64,000 nt of DNA from a virus (Duplodnaviria; Heunggongvirae; Uroviricota; Caudoviricetes): IMG/VR virus record IMGVR_UViG_3300028584_001240. The stretch is one strand, 5' to 3'. Each line of letters starts with the position of its first letter. The stretch's first letter is position 1. Position numbers and translations under genes: made by a program. Positions 57,577 through 64,000 of this stretch are shown here, in pieces. The notes beneath the pieces were generated by a model. The model was not told where the DNA came from. It worked only from the letters and a program-made list of their open reading frames with translations, and searched no databases.

Positions 57577-57639
57577 TTAAAAAACTCCTTTATTTTGAAA
57601 GTAATGTATTATAACACAATTGCCAAAAAGAAGCAATAA

Positions 57640-57663
57640 AAAAAGCCCCTTTCGGGGCTTTGG
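57640..57663 (-). terminator. Intrinsic terminator after the AAA gene
   Basis: aaaaagcccc-tttc-ggggcttt. Confidence 0.75.
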
Positions 57664-57690
57664 CTTTCGCCAGTTACACACTCGACTGTG

Positions 57691-59025
57691 TTAGTTTTTA
57701 AGGCGAGCCGCGTTGAACTCGGTAGCCACAAGGTCAAACACTGCTTTTTTCATGTGGTTAGGCATTGGCATAACCTTGTAACGCTTCAACATCACGGTGA
57801 TGATACCGAAGACGAACAACTCACGAGCAAAGTGTTCCTTGGCGAACAAGATGTAGTTTTCCATGCTTGTCACGTAGGACTTCAACACTTTTTCATACTC
57901 AGCAGTCTTATCACCGCTTTCTTTCTTAACTTCTTCCAACTTCGTTTTCATTTCTTTCAGTGCGTGAGAGCAATCGTTCGCAATGAAGTATTGTGCGGAA
58001 GTCTTAGCCTTCATGTTCGCAACAGTCATCTTCTTACCATCAAGAATGTCGCGGGCTTTTGGCAAGTCCATACCTTCCTTCACGAAACCAGCAAACTCTA
58101 CCGCAATACCGCTACCAACACAAGATGCAGCGATTACAGAAATGTCGTTTTCGTTGATTTTATCGTCTTCTTCGTAGACGTTAAATTCTTCGCTTTCTTC
58201 TGCAAGCGTTTTGTGTGTAGCAGTCGCTTGATGCTCACCGTAAGCTGCGAACAACGCCTTGCTCAACATTTCCCATGAACGTGGGGTTGCGAACGCTTTT
58301 TCGTCGGAAGCCAACAGGCGGTCAACGTTAAAGTCTTGCAACTTGCTACCGTTCGCACCGATTGACAGGTAAGCCAACACGTAAGGGTGCATACCAGCCT
58401 CAGAAGCGAAGTTCAACCATTGTTCGGTGTTCACGTCCATCAAGTAGTGACGGAAACGGTTAGCCAAAGGCAACGGCATGGAGTTAGTCACACCACCATC
58501 GGATTCCAAGTTACCAGCCGCAAAAACCACGTCCTGAGAACCGAGTTCGAAGCAACCGATGCGACGGTCGTTGATGAACTGGTAAGCAGCAGCCATTGTC
58601 GCAGGTGAACCGGAGTTCAATTCGTCGAAGAAGTAAGCCGTTGGCTTCTTGTATTTATCCCATTGTTCTTTCGCACGGCGAAGGAAGTCAGGCATTGCCC
58701 AAGTTACGGTAGTTTCTTTACCGTTGGAGAACATGAGTTCGCCTTTGTCATTGGTTTTTTGTTTACCGTCATCACCCATTACTGGAACAGCGATAACTTT
58801 TTCATCTTTTGCTGGCAGACCACGAAGGTCAACGCTTTCGATTTGAGACAAGCGAATGTCTTCAAAGTGGAAACCCATTTTCTCAACAAGAGCTTGCAGG
58901 ATGCGAGACTTACCGATACCCGGATTACCCCAAACGAAGAATGGCGTCTGAGAGTGGATGCAGTTCAGTGCATGTTTACGCAGTGCTTTTGGGGAAACTT
59001 TAATCATTGTGCTGTTAGTAGTCAT
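57691..59025 (-). CDS. MoxR/dynein-related AAA+ ATPase
   Basis: Walker A GNPGIGKS, DIRLSQ..VDLRGLP, Walker B FFDELN, AAGN, PLANRF, TPRSW. Confidence 0.9.
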   Translation of the reverse strand: MTTNSTMIKVSPKALRKHALNCIHSQTPFFVWGNPGIGKSRILQALVEKMGFHFEDIRLSQIESVDLRGLPAKDEKVIAVPVMGDDGKQKTNDKGELMFSNGKETTVTWAMPDFLRRAKEQWDKYKKPTAYFFDELNSGSPATMAAAYQFINDRRIGCFELGSQDVVFAAGNLESDGGVTNSMPLPLANRFRHYLMDVNTEQWLNFASEAGMHPYVLAYLSIGANGSKLQDFNVDRLLASDEKAFATPRSWEMLSKALFAAYGEHQATATHKTLAEESEEFNVYEEDDKINENDISVIAASCVGSGIAVEFAGFVKEGMDLPKARDILDGKKMTVANMKAKTSAQYFIANDCSHALKEMKTKLEEVKKESGDKTAEYEKVLKSYVTSMENYILFAKEHFARELFVFGIITVMLKRYKVMPMPNHMKKAVFDLVATEFNAARLKN

Positions 59026-59056
59026 TCTGTGAATCTCCTATCGAGTGTGTTTAGTT

Positions 59057-59365
59057 AGTATATCAAAGTTTATTTCTTTTTACAACAAGTTTTTTCGTTT
59101 TTCCTTGATTAAGTCGGACTTTACTTCTAATCCGTCTCTCTCGTTTGTGTGTCTATTATAGTCTATCTGGCTACCCATCGTCAAGCTTTTTTTTCATTTC
59201 GTTCAACTTTAATTTCTTTCAAGTTGTTCGTTGCTTTCGATGTGTAATCTTAACTCATTTCGTCATTCGGTGCAAGCTTTATTTTAAACTGTGTTCAACT
59301 TCGTTTTCTAAGCTGTTCATCGTTTCAAGGTGGCTAGTATATGCTAAATGTGGTCGTTAGGTCAA
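59057..59365 (-). promoter_or_regulatory. Array of four tandem sigma70 promoters
   Basis: Minus strand: TTGACC-18-TATACT (59365..59336), TTGCAC-17-TAAGAT (59275..59247), TTGACG-18-TATAAT (59184..59155), TTGTAA-17-TATACT (59085..59057). Confidence 0.75.
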
Positions 59366-59443
59366 GCACTAATTTCAATTATTTTAAAACTTTTTAGCTG
59401 AAACGATTAAGCACTGATTAGGGCACTGAAATGCCCAACCAGA

Positions 59444-59920
59444 TTAAGCTACTAAAGGAAGATAAGCAATTTTACTAGCAACAAATGCTTCAAAACTATC
59501 CAGAACAATAGTCTGTTCATTTAATAGGATAGAGGTTTTCGTTAATACATCAAAAGCATCTGCTGGAGTAATACGGTTACTACGCAAATAATCACCAGCC
59601 GCCACAATGCGATCACTGGCAACAAACGTAACAACAGTGCAAGAGCCACACAAATCATCTTGACCTTCATTAAACTTAGCGGACGGCAAAGTACTAATAG
59701 AAGAAAGAGCCAAATACAGTTCTTCCAGATCTTTGTGATTACCACCCTGCAAGATTACTTCTGTTTCTGACGTGTTAACCCATTCAGAAAAAAGAGCATC
59801 TGCTGCTGGTGTCATTGTTGCTTTATTTGCCCACAAACGATTAAGTCCGTGACAAACCTGTGGTGTGACATTGCTGCCACGAATATAGAAATTGAGAATA
59901 CTGTATCTTTTGGATTTCAT
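59444..59920 (-). CDS. Putative peptidyl-tRNA hydrolase II-like protein
   Basis: Q.CHG, EW...EVILQGG...L..L, F.E...L....T pattern of phage PTH2-like proteins. Confidence 0.45.
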   Translation of the reverse strand: MKSKRYSILNFYIRGSNVTPQVCHGLNRLWANKATMTPAADALFSEWVNTSETEVILQGGNHKDLEELYLALSSISTLPSAKFNEGQDDLCGSCTVVTFVASDRIVAAGDYLRSNRITPADAFDVLTKTSILLNEQTIVLDSFEAFVASKIAYLPLVA

Positions 59921-60076
59921 GATAACACCTCCTATTTCAAATCATTACGCCAGATTAACAGAAACGGAAAAATAAGTCTACAAATATTTTCAAATTTATC
60001 TATTTTTATGGCCTTGATTTCTTTTCTGCTTTCATGTACTATGGAAGAAATTCTGAAAGATTAAAAGGAGCGGCAC

Positions 60077-60301
60077 ATGTACATCTGTTTATGTAATGGT
60101 TACAAAACATCGGATTTGAAAAGAGATGTTGCCAATAATAAGACCGTCAAGGATATTATTGCTGAGAACAACATTGATGCCGGATGTAAGAAGTGTTGCA
60201 AAATCCTTAAAGCAGAATACAAGAGTTGTCTTGAGTCTGTTGTTGGAACGACATATATTGAAATCAAGGAAGATATTCTAGAGCTAGCCGTGGCGGTTTG
60301 A
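60077..60301 (+). CDS. Bfd-like [2Fe-2S] ferredoxin
   Basis: MYICLCNG...CKKC. Confidence 0.8.
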   Translation: MYICLCNGYKTSDLKRDVANNKTVKDIIAENNIDAGCKKCCKILKAEYKSCLESVVGTTYIEIKEDILELAVAV

Positions 60302-60348
60302 TTCTAGATTTTAATTTGGTATAATAATACTATGATAAGGAGATTGGT

Positions 60349-60765
60349 ATGTTAGGTAATCAAAAGCTTGAAATGCCCGAAAGAAAGTTTGTGAAACACC
60401 CTGAAAGTATCCAGATAATTGTAGAAGAGTTAGCTGAGCAGGATGATATCTCACCGATAAGTCATGAAACCTGTCATGGCCTCATATTTAATTATACAAG
60501 TTATCTTCAACAAAATAAAAAAGTCAGAATAGATATAAAATTAGACGATATGATGTTTAGTGGTAATTCTGTAGTGACCAGTTGTCGAAAAGTTAACAGA
60601 GGTTATGAAGTGAAGGTTGAGTTTTTATCAAGTTGCGAAGAGTTTAAAGTCAAGATGGCATTGCAAGTGTGTCAAATTAAAGATTTTCTAATGTCAAAAC
60701 AACAATGTCAAAATGAAAATGAAACAGCACTTAAATGGATTAATTCAAATGCTGCTAAGTTCTAA
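60349..60765 (+). CDS. Degenerate PilZ-like domain protein
   Basis: RKFVKHP, SC...GYEVKVEF, FKVKM..QVCQI, W...NAAKF; c-di-GMP motifs RxxxR and DxSxxG not intact. Confidence 0.6.
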   Translation: MLGNQKLEMPERKFVKHPESIQIIVEELAEQDDISPISHETCHGLIFNYTSYLQQNKKVRIDIKLDDMMFSGNSVVTSCRKVNRGYEVKVEFLSSCEEFKVKMALQVCQIKDFLMSKQQCQNENETALKWINSNAAKF

Positions 60766-60774
60766 AAATACCAA

Positions 60775-61005
60775 TTAAGAAATATACAAATCAAAACCTA
60801 CTTCTTCATGTTCCAGAGTTTCTAAAAACCCTGTAATCGCCTTCTTAGCTTCTTCATTATGATCAAAGTTCTTTACAAAAGTATTATTAATAAATAATCG
60901 CCCCTCTTTCACACTGATGTCTATATCATCAAAGCGATCTATCGTCATTACAAATGTGTCACCACAAAAAACATCATCATTTTCTAATACTAAATTTGTC
61001 GTCAT
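60775..61005 (-). CDS. Small acidic hypothetical protein
   Basis: 76 aa, AGGAG RBS. Confidence 0.55.
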   Translation of the reverse strand: MTTNLVLENDDVFCGDTFVMTIDRFDDIDISVKEGRLFINNTFVKNFDHNEEAKKAITGFLETLEHEEVGFDLYIS

Positions 61006-61098
61006 TTTACTTCTCCTTTAAACTATGTATAGTATATAATAGAATATAATAAAATCAACAGTTTTATGCGTTTTTCGTCAATTGGAGGAATAAAAAAA

Positions 61099-61482
61099 AT
61101 GTTATTGAAATACCGTTTGGAATTGATACTTATTGTGTTAATAGGAATGCTAATGCACGCTAACCATATTGTCCTCACTTGTCTCTTTTTAGGATTAGTA
61201 TTTATTCAATTAGCAATGAGCATTGTGATCTACAAAAACTTGATTGGAAATCCAAAAAGACTAGAATCATTACTCAACGAGCAACTAGAATTCAAAGCAA
61301 AAAAGAAAACAACCAGAGAGAAGCTGGTAAAGTTTGAATTTTGGATTGTATTGATGGCTATATTAGGAACAGCCATCATCACAAAGAGCATCTTTATTAT
61401 CATTTTCTCCATCCTTGTTGTTTCATTAGAATTAGGGAAAATATACATCTTCAAAAAACTACAAAAAGAAAGCCTTCAATGA
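61099..61482 (+). CDS. Four-TM membrane protein
   Basis: GGAGG RBS; hydrophobic segments. Confidence 0.6.
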   Translation: MLLKYRLELILIVLIGMLMHANHIVLTCLFLGLVFIQLAMSIVIYKNLIGNPKRLESLLNEQLEFKAKKKTTREKLVKFEFWIVLMAILGTAIITKSIFIIIFSILVVSLELGKIYIFKKLQKESLQ

Positions 61483-61485
61483 AGG

Positions 61486-61860
61486 CTATTTTTTTAAAAC
61501 AGTTTTATTTCGTATCACTGTTGTGCTGTCAACAATGACTGACTGCAGATTCATCATAACATCTTCTAACTTCGCGGCAAGATTACGACTATTCTCTGTA
61601 TCATTAATCACATTGTTAATATGCTTCAATGACAAATTGATTTCTTCCTGAATATTGCTAATCACTTCAAAGATCTCTTTCACAGCACTTTCAGTATTTT
61701 GAGATAAATTTCTAACTTCCTGTGCTACCACTGAGAAACCACGACCAGCATCACCGGCTCTTGCTGCTTCGATTGCCGCATTCAATGCCAACAAGTTTGT
61801 TTGAACTGAAATCTTGTTAATCGTATCAACAATGGAGTTTATTTTATTATAAAGTGGAAG
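61486..61860 (-). CDS. Isolated MCP signalling-hairpin domain (mini-MCP or remnant; start unclear)
   Basis: [43 protein letters not shown]; frame is open to 61860 with no ATG. Confidence 0.7.
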   Translation of the reverse strand, partial: LPLYNKINSIVDTINKISVQTNLLALNAAIEAARAGDAGRGFSVVAQEVRNLSQNTESAVKEIFEVISNIQEEINLSLKHINNVINDTENSRNLAAKLEDVMMNLQSVIVDSTTVIRNKTVLKK

Positions 61861-62496
61861 TTATATTTTAATCATATCTAAGACAGTAATAATATCTTCA
61901 TCAACATGGGTGACTTCATATCCCAATAATTGAGAGATAATGTCCTTATAAGAATTTAACATAGGAAGAATCATTTTATCCACTTTTTTATGATTAACAC
62001 AAATGACAATCATGGACTGATGCTCAAAATTACGACCATCTAACTCAGCAATTTCATAGGAAGCTTCAACATCAGATAAGTAGGCACAAAAATGAAAAGT
62101 CGTATATCCTGTTTTACCGCCTTTGCCTCTCAACACAAATGAAATACTTTCAATGTCTAACAGGCTTGTATAGTGAAGGTTCAGTTCAATATCAGTGGAA
62201 ACTGACGTGTCAAAAAATTCTATATCCAAATTTAATAATTTTGAATACTTTAAAATAATTTTTTTCATTTTTTTTATGAAAGCAGTATGCTTAAATTGTT
62301 TAACATGCTGTAAGAAGAAATCCTTTAATTCTTCTGCATTATCGAGATTGCCAGTTGAAACAGCATCATCTAGTTTATTATTTTCCCTGAGCACAAAGTG
62401 CGGACTAAAATGAGTTTGTTTAGGTGTTAGTTCAGTCCCTTCAAGAAAGTTAATGAAAGACTGTTTAAATAATTTACGTTTTTCAAAATAATCCAT
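61861..62496 (-). CDS. Hypothetical protein, C-terminal VxxMxxI
   Basis: GGAG RBS; ends TVLDMIKI. Confidence 0.7.
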   Translation of the reverse strand: MDYFEKRKLFKQSFINFLEGTELTPKQTHFSPHFVLRENNKLDDAVSTGNLDNAEELKDFFLQHVKQFKHTAFIKKMKKIILKYSKLLNLDIEFFDTSVSTDIELNLHYTSLLDIESISFVLRGKGGKTGYTTFHFCAYLSDVEASYEIAELDGRNFEHQSMIVICVNHKKVDKMILPMLNSYKDIISQLLGYEVTHVDEDIITVLDMIKI

Positions 62497-62554
62497 AATG
62501 TCTCCAACATAATAAGGTGCAGCAAAAAGAGGCCGAAGCCTCTTTCATTTCACA

Positions 62555-62878
62555 TCAATCTGGAACTTTTACATACTTAGAACCATTGATTTCGACAACT
62601 TCTGGTTCTTGAATTGAGTCATCAATAATACTTTTTCGACCGCTGACTACATGTTGCACGGTTTTACCTGATTTGAAACTGGTATCAGTCATAGCATTAG
62701 GACAATGCGTCACATAGATACTGGAATAACTTAAACCACCCCCACGAAGATAGAAAATTTGACAACCTTTCATTTCTTTAGGCAATACATATTCGGGTGT
62801 AATGTCAGTTGAACTTGCACCAAAAGCAGTGACAGATACAACCATCATAAAGACAATAGCCAGCATTTTATTAATCAT
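62555..62878 (-). CDS. Small secreted protein with 2 Cys
   Basis: Signal peptide; GC.IF.L...I.VTHCPN. Confidence 0.65.
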   Translation of the reverse strand: MINKMLAIVFMMVVSVTAFGASSTDITPEYVLPKEMKGCQIFYLRGGGLSYSSIYVTHCPNAMTDTSFKSGKTVQHVVSGRKSIIDDSIQEPEVVEINGSKYVKVPD

Positions 62879-62971
62879 TCATTTCTCCAAATTATCAAGT
62901 TAAGCTTATATTATAACAAAAAGGTGACACATTGTCACCTTTTTTATTTAAAAAAGAGAAAGGCCGAAGCC

Positions 62972-64000
62972 TTACTCAAAGTTTTTCATATCATGTTTCG
63001 GTGAATCTTTTGGAATTAAACGTGTGTTGTGATATGGTGTCAAAATCCAATGCCACATTTTTGGACGTTCTGGACTAAAAGCGTCACCATCACCATCAGA
63101 AAGCACAAAAACAGCGTCAGGGTGTTTTCGTTTAGCAGTAATTTCACGAATTTTTTGATCCAAAATATGGAAATAAGTACCACCACCACCACGAACATGG
63201 CCTGTTTTCAAATCAATTGGATAAAGATGACAGTCAAACGCATACGCTTCAATTTCAAATTTGTCTTCTGGAATTGTTTGCAACATCTTCACAAACCGTT
63301 TTGCATAAGAATAACAAGAGCCAGAAGTGTCAAGAAAGAACACCACTCTGTAACGCTCTTTTGAAGGAACTTCTTCGTTCCAGTGACCTTGAATGAGAAT
63401 ATCATCACCAAGGCACATTGTACGACGATCTCGTGATATCCAAGAAGGCTTTTCAACCGTGTCATAACGAATACCAGACTTCAAGTGATGTTTAACGACT
63501 TCTTCCCACTTCTTTTTCTTCTTAGGTGGATTTGGATCAATACTGATATAAGCCCCTAATGGAATCGTACCCGCTGGACTACCCGCCGCATCTTTAATTT
63601 CAGCTTCAAGCTCTTTTGCCAAATCATACTTTTCTTTATCACTCAATCTTGGATTGATTTCTTCTTGAAGTGCTTGTGCAGCTTCTGAACCAGCTTGTTG
63701 AGCCTGATCCATCAAATCTTGAATAGCTGGGTCAAGACCTTCGAGTCCATTACCACGAGCGTGCTGGTCAACGGTTGATTGTTCATTTTGTTTATTCGTC
63801 TTACCCATCAAATCAAGATAGTAATGGAATGAACCACGAGTATGAATACCGTGTTCAATAATTTCAGCCTGATCAAAGACGGTACCCACGAAACAAAATT
63901 TATCCCAATCAACAATATCAAATTTGTTGAAACCAAAACTGTTTACCAACATTTCATTGATCACAATATCTTGTGCAATGTTGACACTTTCATGATCAGG
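62972..64000 (-). CDS. Second DUF2201-type vWA protein (5' end outside the window)
   Basis: NIAQDIVINE, FFLDTSGS MIDAS, GGGTYF, LSDG; frame is open to the window edge. Confidence 0.85.
   Translation of the reverse strand, partial: PDHESVNIAQDIVINEMLVNSFGFNKFDIVDWDKFCFVGTVFDQAEIIEHGIHTRGSFHYYLDLMGKTNKQNEQSTVDQHARGNGLEGLDPAIQDLMDQAQQAGSEAAQALQEEINPRLSDKEKYDLAKELEAEIKDAAGSPAGTIPLGAYISIDPNPPKKKKKWEEVVKHHLKSGIRYDTVEKPSWISRDRRTMCLGDDILIQGHWNEEVPSKERYRVVFFLDTSGSCYSYAKRFVKMLQTIPEDKFEIEAYAFDCHLYPIDLKTGHVRGGGGTYFHILDQKIREITAKRKHPDAVFVLSDGDGDAFSPERPKMWHWILTPYHNTRLIPKDSPKHDMKNFE

Larger units (their letters stand above)
1..64000. mobile_element. Accessory region of a large AT-rich mobile element (megaplasmid or jumbo phage)
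   Basis: Dense ORFan and paralog arrays, no housekeeping operons, orphan dnaK without dnaJ/grpE, and families typical of large phages and plasmids (T7-like kinase, NADAR, DUF2201/AAA). No hallmark gene decides plasmid versus phage. Confidence 0.7.

Noticed and set aside
56176-59058. Long plus-strand ORFs (56176..57003, 57688..58278, 58663..59058)
   Set aside because: Antisense shadows of the vWA and AAA genes produced by their codon bias; no RBS or family motifs
170-62496. Integron-like cassette or recombination site as the cause of the conserved gene ends
   Set aside because: Synonymous codons and stop codons vary, no attC-like palindromes follow the genes, and several genes overlap their neighbours
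38268-62973. Recurring GGCCGAAGCC/CCGAAG palindromes (about 38270, 39357, 44885, 62528, 62961) as a repeat family
   Set aside because: Explained as ordinary intrinsic terminators with cUUCGg tetraloops on the minus strand
1236-63364. Numerous 60-170 aa ORFs nested in or antisense to longer genes
   Set aside because: They overlap better-supported CDSs and lack RBS, promoter or motif support
1-64000. Alternative genetic code (stop-codon reassignment)
   Set aside because: TAA, TAG and TGA all end genes at the conserved MxxI position, and DnaK and other known proteins are intact under code 11

Overview
AT-rich (about 30% GC by eye, not computed) accessory region of a very large mobile element, either a megaplasmid or a jumbo phage, probably with a gammaproteobacterial host. 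No capsid, tail, replication or conjugation core genes lie in this window, so the element type cannot be fixed. About 80 plausible genes lie on both strands, most with their own sigma70-like promoter and intrinsic terminator. Recognisable products: an orphan DnaK, a ScsC/DsbA-like oxidoreductase, a Spy/CpxP-like protein, an ATP-grasp (R2K-like) ligase, a nucleotidyltransferase-HAD phosphatase fusion, a TerD-domain protein, CYTH, ADP-ribosylglycohydrolase, Nudix, NADAR, four DEDDh exonucleases, two T7 gp0.7-like kinases, a MoxR-like AAA ATPase with two DUF2201-type peptidase-vWA genes, and Bfd-like, PilZ-like and MCP-tip proteins. Main unexplained signals: (1) 20 mostly unannotatable proteins from several unrelated families end in the same C-terminal motif, [LIV]-x-x-M-x-x-I-stop (4 more have Ala or Leu in place of Met); (2) two promoter- and terminator-bounded non-coding RNA genes hold four copies of a covarying ~70-nt hairpin with invariant AGGCUA-N7-GGUUCCUUCUAA; (3) a second protein class has Lys-rich tails, often ending in Pro; (4) a probable -1 frameshift joins NADAR to DUF4326; (5) four sigma70 promoters at ~90-bp spacing drive the AAA-vWA genes. 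All family assignments come from motif recognition by eye; no database searches were run.
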